Part shown: positions 28,901-38,210 of the stretch, in pieces
Position numbering within the stretch: position 1 is the stretch's first letter
Layout: the number at the start of each line of letters is the position of its first letter
NCBI GenBank assembly: GCA_000002435.2
Contig: CM018791.1
Source of the DNA: Giardia intestinalis
Taxonomy: Eukaryota
DNA length: 64,000 bases
Strand: one strand, 5' to 3'
Notes under the pieces: generated by a model
Told to the model about the DNA's origin: nothing
The model's database searches: none
What the model saw: the letters and a program-made list of their open reading frames with translations, nothing else
Made by a program: the position numbers and the translations under genes

Positions 28901-30199
28901 ACTGCTTAGCATAAAATCTTGGCGTTCAGCAGAAGAAACAGTTTCTACTGATTGCACCGCTGACTGCAGCAACGCATTGGATGCCTTCAGCTTTTCTACC
29001 TGCTGCTCAAGAGAATCTAGCTCACTACGTAGTCGTTCTTCATTCTGCTTGTGACCTTGTAATTGACCCTGCAAAGTGTGGATATATGTACTATCCACGA
29101 TCTGCTCAGAATTCTTGAGAAGGGTTTTGATCCGCCGCAGGCGCTTAGCCTCACTAACGTCTGGTGCACCAGACATTGATTCAATAGTGTCATCGTCTTC
29201 GTCGCTGAAATCGTATGCGGTCCGCCGCCGTATCTCTTTGTAACATACATCTGTTTGGGACTCCACGGTGGCATAGGTGGGACAGTAGTCCGGCATTGTC
29301 GCTTGGTCAACAAACTGCTGCAATACCAGCTCTTCAACGGGTGCCTGGTGATGAGATTGCAGAAACGGTTCTGTTGCATCTATGGAAGGTGGCGGTAGAG
29401 GTCTAATAATTGATTCATTAGCTGGCTTACTCGGCAATGTGTGTGCTTCAGTGTGGCGCTTGGATGACTGGGACGATGATGCTCCATTTCTAGAAAATAG
29501 AATGACTTGTTCATCAATTACAAGTTTTGTTCTAGCTTTCTGAGCAGCAGAATGAGAGTTATCATAAGAGCGAATGGCTGAGTTAGCTTCTTGGGTACAC
29601 GAAGTAGACGGCAGGCTATGGGTGTTCTTACCTGTTAACTCAGATAGAGTCAGCTCATCTGATCTAATAAGAGATACACTGAGGTCCTGCACATCTCTAC
29701 CATTAAATTTTTTCAATTGTGGAAAATTCTTAATAATATCACGGTATGTTTCCCGTTTCATCAAAGGGTTTTCGCGGATGTCCAGAGACTCTAAAGACTT
29801 AAGGGATAGAACGGGGGCTATGAGATCTAATGAGTATATGTTGTTATGTGAAAGGTCAAGGCTGCGGATGGATGTAGGGATAGTGCAGGCCAAGCGTACA
29901 ATCCTATTATGACTTAAGTTAAGTGTCTGAAGCTTGGGGAACGGAAGAACTTGATCTACATCGACAATCACGTTGTGACTGGCATTGAAGTCTAAGAGTT
30001 GAAACATTGGCAACAAGTCATTGAGCGATGAGAGCCTGTTGTTGGATATGTCCAATTGCTTGATTTGCGGGGAAAGAAAAGACCGTAGATCGGCAAGTGT
30101 TTCGATATTTTGCCCCGATAGATCTAAAATCGTGTCTCCTCTATTCTCCTTTCTTCCTTGCGTCTGTGTTGAGCCAGCTCTCGCTGTTGGAGAGCTCAT
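25970..30199 (-). CDS. Leucine-rich-repeat (SDS22-like) plus long coiled-coil protein, paralog of the 43392..46322 gene.
   Basis: N-terminal LRRs (LDLSGQNIETLADL, LDISNNRLSSLNDL, LNLSHNRIVRL, LDLSHNNIYSL, LDIRENPL) are followed by about 900 aa of predicted coiled coil. It shares the motif YRRKLFH with the paralog. The track start is TTG. I used the ATG at 30199, which is preceded by ggAAATTAAAAATG. Confidence 0.85.
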   Translation of the reverse strand: MSSPTARAGSTQTQGRKENRGDTILDLSGQNIETLADLRSFLSPQIKQLDISNNRLSSLNDLLPMFQLLDFNASHNVIVDVDQVLPFPKLQTLNLSHNRIVRLACTIPTSIRSLDLSHNNIYSLDLIAPVLSLKSLESLDIRENPLMKRETYRDIIKNFPQLKKFNGRDVQDLSVSLIRSDELTLSELTGKNTHSLPSTSCTQEANSAIRSYDNSHSAAQKARTKLVIDEQVILFSRNGASSSQSSKRHTEAHTLPSKPANESIIRPLPPPSIDATEPFLQSHHQAPVEELVLQQFVDQATMPDYCPTYATVESQTDVCYKEIRRRTAYDFSDEDDDTIESMSGAPDVSEAKRLRRIKTLLKNSEQIVDSTYIHTLQGQLQGHKQNEERLRSELDSLEQQVEKLKASNALLQSAVQSVETVSSAERQDFMLSSQIDEVVFLREQVKILDELLNRQEAASAVQFPVPEAIPEYLLTLNAYRRKLFHVMFDLRRLAHAKETAEASCAIAPSLDDVHGLVLKREADLAQLAKEKDQVSEKHAETLSRLTMTEHAARAFHDEATRYLSILLTMQAQLSDGLKVSRLDGLDQQVSRRICAYMNTSTAPSLDDAQKYILAATESASYRLAAQCSAIEAVTCRINDILSENQVITEEKEQLCQKLAILTKERDELQADNLLLKDAFRHQREERARLEELRASGYLDKAVSCTEIDLGDIAHGSTQTYLAEFFVHAETQADLHELLVFKSVQTVRELFTVDDETQTGNLRELTNYNNSQFDTLPPNASISVDHVEEEADEEYRRLLQLKSVHDRSKGADCTIIPSSILLKLHLDTCAEDTPESALDAAIRSLLLTQSTGLGKGKSSVGGCGKIDAELDGSQKIHTGTQIEAPLPSFKAIQCELLQPPSNADRTSEMDLRSAPLNSLGPSTGPSDNSHVPRCRGYNEEQGSDFGSVEDTTTMVFAAIQVDAPDMKYFGVQTDEVDVAPYGTLAALQSRMLGPDEKLIIESDTKIASTQCEEISIAFKSIQCLLCSGNEPRCTSESNSVMSDAPSTHNHILSDYKNLAQKHEACVEVSMQTDELLKHIHQEASVVENSYSVSRLCSPPQSPYLCAIECERYCDILVERLHQQTQVLAARELEAEDMNEVVSEVMKTISSAESKVSDYKRKLHESQDTISKLQDTIAHLQGDVASGEAKGAEQEARIRLLEELLGTKDGKEHIEAEIQTRLNLLDMKLLFAQMRVSTSSASTQYEPQSAPFRDCDHRDAVDASIIIQNLSGDNIKRSLVSRSCSTSKHVCKSEELQASQFEPVVIPLTPPLSASSSSSSSSDEGEFLATSFRNSPFVALKVVTAGSAHEKGSTTVSIFQPSTDVLQSSLRPPEKPSLTIRATNPPYGGPETRVRFFCKSDDPGTNPVITN

Positions 30200-30211
30200 T
30201 TTTAATTTCCG
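30200..30211. promoter_or_regulatory. 12-bp shared initiator (TTTTAATTTCCG / AAATTAAAA) between divergent ATGs of the LRR-coiled-coil and penta-EF-hand genes.
   Basis: The two start codons at 30197-30199 (minus) and 30212-30214 (plus) are separated only by this AT-rich element, which is close to the Giardia AATTAAAAA initiator consensus. Confidence 0.5.
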
Positions 30212-30763
30212 ATGAATCCCACTGAGTTCATTCGCCAAGCATATGCGTCAAACATCACCGCTGAGCGCCGCGCATCACTAAAGTCCATGTTTACTAAGGC
30301 TGACGTAGATAACTCTGGGTACATCTCTATCTGCGAAGTGCAAAACCTGTTATCAACGGAGTCATTCCGCTTCCCTCTGCAGAGCGCACGCATGCTTGTT
30401 CGCATATATTCCAGCCAGGGACAGATCTCCTTTGATGACTTTATGCAGATAGAGGGGTTTGCGTCGTATGCCATTGACGTCTTTCATGGCGAGAAGGGAG
30501 ATAGAAAGGCAATACAAAGAAGCGAAGTAGCCGATGCACTAATGCAGATGAGGCTCAACTTCACTTCGGAAACATTGGAGATGCTCTTCAAGCACTTCGA
30601 CACTAACGACTCCGGGAGCCTGAGTCTACCCCAGTGGATTCGACTGACGTCTCTGTGCCTTCTCGGCAGAAGACTCTTCACCGAGTGGGATGTACAGGTG
30701 AAGGGGGAGCTTACTATCGGCTTGGAGCAGGTCCTCCTCATAGGGACGTGGTTCACTGAGTGA
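30212..30763 (+). CDS. Penta-EF-hand-like calcium-binding protein (ALG-2/sorcin family-like).
   Basis: EF loops DVDNSGYISICE and DTNDSGSLSLPQ. Their spacing and context (FTKADVDNSGYISICEVQNLL ... FKHFDTNDSGSLSLPQWIRL) are typical of PEF proteins. Confidence 0.6.
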   Translation: MNPTEFIRQAYASNITAERRASLKSMFTKADVDNSGYISICEVQNLLSTESFRFPLQSARMLVRIYSSQGQISFDDFMQIEGFASYAIDVFHGEKGDRKAIQRSEVADALMQMRLNFTSETLEMLFKHFDTNDSGSLSLPQWIRLTSLCLLGRRLFTEWDVQVKGELTIGLEQVLLIGTWFTE

Positions 30764-30787
30764 ACAAGAGCTGGTTTACGCCAAGAT

Positions 30788-32476
30788 TTAGCTTAAAGTA
30801 AAGCAACGAATGACGAGAGCAGGGGCGACGCCGTCAACTGGGACCTCAAAGCGTATTATAGCCGCAGCTCCGTGATTTGTTAGGTGCTCATAAAAACTCG
30901 AACTAAATACTGTGAAGTGTCGGGGTGTCTCTCGGAGCGTGGAGACGGAAAACCAATATTCCAGTTCCTGGTTTGGCCCTCCAAGTTGCTTGGGCTCAAA
31001 AGCATACTGGAAGTCCTGATGCACGCCGTCCAAAGCAACCTCGTGTCCCCGGAGGACAAGGTCCACCCCGGTATGCTTGCACCAAGTCCTAAAAAGGTCG
31101 TACGAATATCTGTACCCTAGCCGTCGTTGCGAGGGTTCGTAAAGAGTGCTTGGGGATTTAAACCTATGAGGGGCAGGATCGTTCCACGTTAGCTCTCCAG
31201 CCAAGGGATCAACAATTGTCAGACTCCTTTGCAGGATGTTCTCGTAGCTATCTATTCCCAGGTAGAGGTCTAGCTGCCTACCGTATTCCGTATACACACA
31301 CGGTGGCCCTCCGTGACAGCAGAAGATGGTTAGAGACTCTTCCTCTAAGCGGCACTTAAGCATGTGAGCCTCTTGTGAATCGGCTAAGTCATCCAACTTG
31401 GCTTCGTTTGTAGCACCAGCCTGTCCAGCCCAACTAGTGACGCTACTCACCATTGACGCCAAGCACATGATCTCACTATTAGTCCATCTAGTCGAAGAGC
31501 TTGCAGATGGGATGACTCGGTTGCAGAACCTTTCAAGAGCTCTGCAAAGTGATTGCGGTAAATAAATTAGCCGGAAAAAGTAGGGTATCGCTGCAAATGT
31601 GTCCTGAATTGCTTGGTATATAGGGCTGTGAGACCCATAGTATTTGTATATTTCTTTTGTGAAGCCGTAGATTCTATTCATAGCGTCACATTCGTGATTG
31701 CCTCGCAACAATAGTACGTTCCGGGGATATAAGTACTTGAGAACGTAAATAAACAGCACGCACGCAAGGCCGCGGCTGCCTCTATCCACATAGTCTCCTA
31801 GAAACACGTACACAGACGAGAGATCCATCGTAAACTGACTTCCTCTATCATCCCCCACCTCTTGAAAGCACTGCAGCTGGACATCCTTCAGCATGCACAA
31901 ATCATAGAACGCTGAAACGTCCATGGGGGATCCATGAACATCTCCCAAAACGCAAATCCGTTTTCCCTCGGCCAAATAGTGCTTTATGTTTCCGTCTCGA
32001 GCAAGCACACCCTTCATTTTCGACAAGAAAGGCACCAGACTGGACTCTGTGTAGTACACGTTGTTAGCAAGAACATCTACTTTGAACGATTCCAAAAGGA
32101 AAAAGCGATCCTTTAGAGAAATTCCATCAAACTGAGGAAACAATTTGTACTGGGAGCCGTCAACGACTGGGGGCATTTGCTCCAGTAGCACGAAGTCTTT
32201 TCGATATGCATCAAGCACCTTTTGGGACAAAAAGATATAGCGATTGAGTGCTTCAACACGCATTTCAGCACCTACATGTCTCTGGAGAGCCGCACGATTG
32301 TAGTACGAGAGAGCCCTCTCCAAATTGTTCTGGCATCGTAGAGAATCTCCGATGAGTAGTGACAATTCCAGCGCCTCGGGACTTGATGGCAAGTACGAAT
32401 TAAGTGCTTGTTCTGCGGCCTCCACCAGCGCGCTGCTAGGACCGTCGTAGAAAAGCTGGACCAAGCTCTGAATCAT
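30788..32476 (-). CDS. PPP-family Ser/Thr protein phosphatase with an N-terminal helical extension and a long internal insertion.
   Basis: Metallophosphatase motifs GDVHG, GDYVDRG, GNHE, HGG and RGHE are all present in order. There is a roughly 70-aa insert between GNHE and HGG. The N-terminal roughly 180 aa may be TPR-like (PP5-like). Confidence 0.85.
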   Translation of the reverse strand: MIQSLVQLFYDGPSSALVEAAEQALNSYLPSSPEALELSLLIGDSLRCQNNLERALSYYNRAALQRHVGAEMRVEALNRYIFLSQKVLDAYRKDFVLLEQMPPVVDGSQYKLFPQFDGISLKDRFFLLESFKVDVLANNVYYTESSLVPFLSKMKGVLARDGNIKHYLAEGKRICVLGDVHGSPMDVSAFYDLCMLKDVQLQCFQEVGDDRGSQFTMDLSSVYVFLGDYVDRGSRGLACVLFIYVLKYLYPRNVLLLRGNHECDAMNRIYGFTKEIYKYYGSHSPIYQAIQDTFAAIPYFFRLIYLPQSLCRALERFCNRVIPSASSSTRWTNSEIMCLASMVSSVTSWAGQAGATNEAKLDDLADSQEAHMLKCRLEEESLTIFCCHGGPPCVYTEYGRQLDLYLGIDSYENILQRSLTIVDPLAGELTWNDPAPHRFKSPSTLYEPSQRRLGYRYSYDLFRTWCKHTGVDLVLRGHEVALDGVHQDFQYAFEPKQLGGPNQELEYWFSVSTLRETPRHFTVFSSSFYEHLTNHGAAAIIRFEVPVDGVAPALVIRCFTLS

Positions 32477-32588
32477 GTTTTTTTGGGATTGCCCGTGGAC
32501 TATGGCTTAGTGGTGGATTGTGTAGGCTAGAGGCCGTGGTACGTGCGTATTAGCCGCTCGTGCATCCGTGTCCACAAATAAATATCTG

Positions 32589-35500
32589 ATGAATTCTGAT
32601 CGCTCCGCTCCACTCCGCCTATGGTTCTCAGCCGCTAGCAATGGGGACACAGAGTTCTTGAAGCATCATACGGAGGCCTGCAAAGGAAAGCTAAACGAGG
32701 CCGGCTTAACAGCACTTGCGCTGGCAATCTCTTCTAATCAATTTGAGTCTGCTGCATATCTTTCTGAACACGAAGCCACTGTGCGATTAGCAAAAAGGCA
32801 GACTCCGCTGATGCTTGCAGCGTCTCTGAATCGTACAGATATCCTCCCTCTTCTCCATGCAACCTATGGGTGGCAGGACGAGGACGGGAAGACAGCGTTG
32901 ATGTACGCAGTGCTAGCTAGCAATGCACTGGCGTCTGTGAGGCACCTTGCACCCCACGAGCACGGAATCCAATCAACTGTTTTCGAAGTGACAACGGACG
33001 ATCTTGATCTCTTCGACCGTCAGATGGAGTCCCTGCAGTATGTAACACCTTACTTCTTGTTTGAGGGTGCTATGGTCGAGGCTGTCACCGCTCTTACTCG
33101 CGACAAAACGGCCCTGCACATGGCCGTACTGGCGGGCAACGTAGACGCCTTTTCGGTACTCCTTCCCTTGGAGTACTCTATTGCCAACGCCAATAAAGAG
33201 TACTTTACTATGCTGCTTTCAAGATTAGACCCAGACACTGCTGCACTCTTCTGTCCGCTTATGACGGAAAATGCCCATCTAATCAGGTCCATCTTTGGAG
33301 CCAAGTCGAGCTCTACTGGTAAAACGGCTTTGTTGTATGCGATAGCAGAGAGAAATGCTCCGTTAGTAGAGTTCTTTTCAGCCTATGAGCTGCAAACTAG
33401 CATTACAGAGGCTGACATAGCCTTTCCTAGCCCCGATCAACAGGGAACTATAGCTGATAGCACGGAGTTGATAGAGAAACGGACATATAAAGGGTTTACA
33501 CCATTTCACTATGCGGCACTGACCGGAGACCAGCAGATCGTCTCTACTCTATTTAATTCAGTTGGAAGATTGGGAATCGTCTCTCTTGTCGAGCAGACAG
33601 ATGACCTGGGTCGTACTCCACTGCACATAGCAGCCTCGTTGCTTAATTTTAATTATATGGAGGAGTACCTGACCTTTGCTTCGCAGAACATGTTGAAGCT
33701 TAACATACAGGATGCGCGAGGCTTCAGCCCCATTGACTATGCAATTGTGTCGCCCTTGCTTGGAACTTACTGCGCAGAGTATCGAACCGCAGCGTCGAAG
33801 AGAAGGTCACATGCGTCCTATGGTGAAATAGTCTCAACAGAAGTCCCCTCAGACGTTTCTGCTGCATTCTCCAAGATCTTAGATAGCACGGTTTCTATTT
33901 ATCAACGGGAAAATAGTGACCCCACTAATCTGGAGAAGAAAGTGGCCGGCCATCTTGTGTTAGCCGTATCAAGGTTCAACTGCATGGCTGTGGATAAGAT
34001 AAGCAAGTACTGCGATGCACAACAGTTGAGCGAAGCCCTCCTGGAGGCTGCCAAGCTGTGTTTTAATGAGGTTGTCCCACATCTACTTGGGGACCCGCGA
34101 CATACCAATTCTGCCCAAGCCTCTGCTTCACTGTTTGCAGCAACTTGTGAAAATGGTCCCTTTAGGTCACTATTTCCACGCAATGAGAAAGCCCGCAATG
34201 AACGTGGGGAGACAGCTCTCATGCTGGCATGCAAAGCCCGCTGCTTTACAAATGCACTGATCGCAGTTGACGCCGAAGCGGGTCTCAAAACGTGCAACGG
34301 AGAAACCGCACTCATGTTTCTGGCCTCTTTGGGAGAACTTCCTTGCGAAGATGAACAAAGATCACTCTATAGAGAGCTTTCTGAGCGCTTGGTTTCTGCA
34401 GAAAAGGGCTCAATAGATGTGCGCGGCTATACAGCCCTGATGTACGCGGCCAAAGCAAATTCTCTGAGCCTCGTACACCAGCTACTTCGGTGGGAGTACG
34501 GGCATGTGGCATTTGACCAACTCACGTCACTGGCAGTGGCAGCACAGCATGGAAACGTGCAAGTTGTGGAGGCAATGCTTGCGTATGAAAAGAGCAAGCT
34601 TCTCGATGCAGAGCAAGATAAGATTGAGACCAAGTCCTTCACAAATTTGCGTGTGACAGCTCTGATGCTCGCTGCTGCCCGTCCTAACAACTCACGGATG
34701 TGTCAGCTGCTGGCTCCAATACAGGCTGGCATTCAAGACCAAACGGGATCGACTGCCCTTATGTATGCTGTGAAGAATGGCCACCCAGCTAATGCCAATG
34801 TACTAGCGTCTTATGAGCACTTAAAGATAGACGAAAAGGGATACAGCGCTCTTATGTACGCCATCGATAAAAACCAAACTCCCTCTATCCTCAGTCTGAT
34901 TGAGTACGAGTGTGGCATTGGTCTCTCCAGAGGCACAGGGCAAACAGCTATGATCCTTGCCGTGAAGAGTAAGGTCATAAGTATAGGCAGCAAACTACAA
35001 TACATCAAAGAACTAATCGGAAAGGAGGGTGGTGTCCAAGACAAAAGTAAAAGGACGGCGCTGATGTATGCAATTGAATCAGGAGAGGAAGGAAGCGACC
35101 AGCTGGCACTCCTGTTAGCAAAGCACGAGAAGGGGCGGCAAATGGCCGATGGAACTAGCGCCTTGATGCTTGCAGTCAAACATGAAATGTACGGTGTTGC
35201 CTTGGCCCTTACGGCATTCGAAGTGGGACTGACTACGAATACTGGATACACCGCCCTCATGTACTTATCAGCGGGGGAGAATCCATATCTCTTAGCAGAC
35301 CATAAGAAGGCGGACTACGATCAGCTGCTTCGAAAATTAGTCTTGGCAGAGGCACGGAAGCTTGATAACGACGGATGCACCGCCCTCATGCTTGCAGTCA
35401 CACATAGAAACACACGCATCATCAAGGAGCTTCTTCCCTACGAAACTAAACAGACTAATGCGAGAGGAGAGACAATGCTTATGTATGCAGCTGAGCACAA

Positions 35501-36584
35501 TATGGTAGAAATCGTCGAACTGTTAATAGACTATGAAGCTGGCATGCGTGACAAGGATGGAGAGAACGCTCTTATTCACGCGTGTAAGGCAGGCATGGTC
35601 GATGCGGCAATCGTTTTGGCAAGGTGTCCGGCCGAAGTCGACTGTGTTCCGCGAGACGGTGTAGAGGCTACCCCCATGATGGTTGCCGCTGAGTGCGGGT
35701 TGAGCTCTGTCGTTATTGCCTTGAAGCAATCGTGTGTTGGCTTTGTCTGTACAAAAGGGCCGTACTCTGGGTACTCTGCACTAGGTTTAGCGATCAAGGG
35801 AGGCCATGAAACCATAGTAAAGCTCCTCTACGACGAGATCCCTCTGTGCATGGGGTCACAGTACGGCGCCATAGAGTTGTGCATCCGCTTCAAGAGGGAG
35901 AACATGCTCCTATGGATCCTAGAATATTGTTCAAGACACAGCAAATTGGAAACAGCAGCGAAGTCCACTTGCTTCCCCAAAAGCACAGAGGTACACATCC
36001 CAGAGGCTAGTCTGGCTGCATCATACTTTTATGGGTCATCAGTGGGAAATGTGCAGATAATGCACCTGTCGGTTGAGATGCTTGGAGAGAAGGCTGCTGA
36101 CATGCAATGCAGCAAGCCTCTGAAGGCCCTTGATGCACGGTTCTATGCACTGCTACTGCACAGGAACACAAGTGAGGTCCTTGCTTGTCTCAAGAAGCGG
36201 TGGGCCTGGGTTCTAGAGGCGATTCATAGATCCATTAAAGAGGATGCTTTGCTTCTTCTCTTGGCAGACCAAATACTATATATGCTTCTGGACGACATCG
36301 ACCAGGATGAGTTACATACAGAGCTCTCTCTTGCCCATCGGCTTGAAGGGGCTTTACACGAATTGTCCCGCGCACTCAGGGAATATGAAATTGACAGCTG
36401 CTGTGTCTGCATGGATGCAGACGCAGACGTGATCTTTTTCCCGTGTAAGCACATGATAGCGTGTGAATCTTGCGCAAAGGGTCTCGCACGTTGTCCATAC
36501 TGTCGAACTATCATAAGTGAGATTTTCAATCCGTACTTCTTGCAGCTCACGGACAACTCAAAGCATCATTGCGCCATAATATAG
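32589..36584 (+). CDS. Large ankyrin-repeat protein (more than 25 repeats) with a C-terminal C3HC4 RING finger (Protein 21.1-like putative E3 ligase).
   Basis: Repeated G(K/Y/E/S)TALM(Y/L)A(A/V) cores run throughout. The terminal CCVCMDADADVIFFPCKHMIACESCAKGLARCPYCR is a RING. The track start is GTG. I used the ATG at 32589 (MNSDRSAP) behind caaataaatatctg. Confidence 0.85.
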   Translation: MNSDRSAPLRLWFSAASNGDTEFLKHHTEACKGKLNEAGLTALALAISSNQFESAAYLSEHEATVRLAKRQTPLMLAASLNRTDILPLLHATYGWQDEDGKTALMYAVLASNALASVRHLAPHEHGIQSTVFEVTTDDLDLFDRQMESLQYVTPYFLFEGAMVEAVTALTRDKTALHMAVLAGNVDAFSVLLPLEYSIANANKEYFTMLLSRLDPDTAALFCPLMTENAHLIRSIFGAKSSSTGKTALLYAIAERNAPLVEFFSAYELQTSITEADIAFPSPDQQGTIADSTELIEKRTYKGFTPFHYAALTGDQQIVSTLFNSVGRLGIVSLVEQTDDLGRTPLHIAASLLNFNYMEEYLTFASQNMLKLNIQDARGFSPIDYAIVSPLLGTYCAEYRTAASKRRSHASYGEIVSTEVPSDVSAAFSKILDSTVSIYQRENSDPTNLEKKVAGHLVLAVSRFNCMAVDKISKYCDAQQLSEALLEAAKLCFNEVVPHLLGDPRHTNSAQASASLFAATCENGPFRSLFPRNEKARNERGETALMLACKARCFTNALIAVDAEAGLKTCNGETALMFLASLGELPCEDEQRSLYRELSERLVSAEKGSIDVRGYTALMYAAKANSLSLVHQLLRWEYGHVAFDQLTSLAVAAQHGNVQVVEAMLAYEKSKLLDAEQDKIETKSFTNLRVTALMLAAARPNNSRMCQLLAPIQAGIQDQTGSTALMYAVKNGHPANANVLASYEHLKIDEKGYSALMYAIDKNQTPSILSLIEYECGIGLSRGTGQTAMILAVKSKVISIGSKLQYIKELIGKEGGVQDKSKRTALMYAIESGEEGSDQLALLLAKHEKGRQMADGTSALMLAVKHEMYGVALALTAFEVGLTTNTGYTALMYLSAGENPYLLADHKKADYDQLLRKLVLAEARKLDNDGCTALMLAVTHRNTRIIKELLPYETKQTNARGETMLMYAAEHNMVEIVELLIDYEAGMRDKDGENALIHACKAGMVDAAIVLARCPAEVDCVPRDGVEATPMMVAAECGLSSVVIALKQSCVGFVCTKGPYSGYSALGLAIKGGHETIVKLLYDEIPLCMGSQYGAIELCIRFKRENMLLWILEYCSRHSKLETAAKSTCFPKSTEVHIPEASLAASYFYGSSVGNVQIMHLSVEMLGEKAADMQCSKPLKALDARFYALLLHRNTSEVLACLKKRWAWVLEAIHRSIKEDALLLLLADQILYMLLDDIDQDELHTELSLAHRLEGALHELSRALREYEIDSCCVCMDADADVIFFPCKHMIACESCAKGLARCPYCRTIISEIFNPYFLQLTDNSKHHCAII

Positions 36585-37243
36585 CCAGCTAAGGTTTTAG
36601 GTGTACTTTTGCACAACAATTTTAGTCAGGTTTTGGAGAAAATTATAGATTTTTATGATTCCCAACACCCCTTGGATGACAGTGTCAGTAAAAGGTATCA
36701 GTAAGAGGAATGGATGAAGTCATCACCTAAAGTGCAAACGAAGGCCTCCACTCCGTCATCATCACGGTTGTGCCGCTACGCACTTTAACGTGACCAACTG
36801 CCTTGAGAAGAGCCTAAATCTGCGAATAAACCAAGTTCAGCACTAGCTAATCAAAAGATTACACGACGAATTGTTGGGGACCTCGGGGAAAGTTTTGGTT
36901 TTTGGCCAACATGCGAGGCTGTGGCTATGCTGTGGTCTCAGTATTAGTAAAAATTCTTCCATCATTAAAGTGTCTGCATCCTAGCAGACTAGCAGCAAGA
37001 GGGCACAGGATTATAACGCGAAGCGGCTGCCGCCCCACAAAGGTCAATCATGGCTCATAATTAATTTTAATTGCCTTTCATCTATTGCCTGCCTATCCCG
37101 AAGTTTTTGCGGGCGGCACCTGCATTTTAAATTAGAGCACCACATCGCTGGTGACAAAGCAGTAAGACTCAAATGCTTAACACGTTTTAATTCATTGAAA
37201 TAGTTAATTACTTAGACTGGCACTGAGCAGTGTGGAATTGCCC

Positions 37244-37864
37244 ATGGCGTGTCTAGGTGAGGTTCACAGGCAGCTTCTAGACGTAATCCAAAGATCTCGC
37301 GTAATCGACCAGCAAGTCAGGACGATGAGGGAGACGACGTTATCACGCCCAATGATTTCCTTGGACATGTCAATAAATAGCAAGTCACCGGCAATGAGAA
37401 TGGCTTTGAATGACGAGCCGCCTGACTGCGACGAGTCAACGCTTCTGGCTGATGCAATATACCATCAACACTGTGCGTCGGTGGCAGCACCAGGGATGGC
37501 ACCGGAGCTCACCAGTGCCTCTCACTTGTCCGACGGCGTAGGATCCCGGCAAGGCGATGCGATAGACTTCCTAGTTTCTACGCTACAGAGGGTGGTGCAC
37601 GACGCAAACGCTGTCCTCCGTTACGCGAAACAAGTAGGCCAAGCTAACGAACTGAGAGACACGATTCAGCCTCAGGCGTACGCTGACCCCATCCCCGACT
37701 ACTTCTCCTTAGTGGAGCGGGCGAGACAGAGTGGGCATAATGACAGCGTCGCATACAATCCCGTCGGAGGGTTTATTCGATACGTATACTCTCTGATAGA
37801 CAGAAATGCGGCCCTCCAACGAGAGCTTCAGAGACATGCTAAGTTATGTAAAGGGTCTTATTAG
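37244..37864 (+). CDS. Hypothetical protein (about 206 aa).
   Basis: ORF with its first ATG at 37244 (the track start is GTG at 37232). No recognisable domain. Its 3' end overlaps the convergent 37839..38210 gene by 26 nt. Confidence 0.45.
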   Translation: MACLGEVHRQLLDVIQRSRVIDQQVRTMRETTLSRPMISLDMSINSKSPAMRMALNDEPPDCDESTLLADAIYHQHCASVAAPGMAPELTSASHLSDGVGSRQGDAIDFLVSTLQRVVHDANAVLRYAKQVGQANELRDTIQPQAYADPIPDYFSLVERARQSGHNDSVAYNPVGGFIRYVYSLIDRNAALQRELQRHAKLCKGSY

Positions 37865-38210
37865 CCATCCTGGTAGCTCGCTCGTGGGTGGCCCGGATGG
37901 CGCGTCTCTGCCTGATCCAACTGGCGAACCATACGCTCAAGATTATCAAGGCGAAGGCCAGTGCGACCCCAAAGAGGGCTATGAAGGTAAACTCAGTGCC
38001 AGATAGATTAAATATGGACGAGCGGACGCAGATGCCGGACTGAATGGTGTTCAAGAATCGATATCCTTCTTCACACTCCGTGCATTCTATGCGTGAATCG
38101 TTTGTGTCGTAGTAGCAGCGTGCACAGTAGACTGTCCCTGTCGCAGGATTGTTGCAAGACACGCAGTGGGCACCAATGGACACTTGGCCGTCTGGACACG
38201 CCGTCGCCAT
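37839..38210 (-). CDS. Small cysteine-rich single-pass membrane protein (123 aa, mini high-cysteine protein).
   Basis: 10 Cys in 60 aa including CxxC pairs (CVSC, CARC, CTEC), then the TM helix FTFIALFGVALAFALIILSVWFASWI and a basic tail. ATG behind aacaaaaatttag. Confidence 0.55.
   Translation of the reverse strand: MATACPDGQVSIGAHCVSCNNPATGTVYCARCYYDTNDSRIECTECEEGYRFLNTIQSGICVRSSIFNLSGTEFTFIALFGVALAFALIILSVWFASWIRQRRAIRATHERATRMANKTLYIT

Noticed and set aside
36585-37243. A spliceosomal snRNA (U2/U5/U6) in the long spacer.
   Set aside because: No match to the conserved U6 ACAGAGA/AGC box, U2 branch-binding GUAGUA, or U5 loop I was found by eye.
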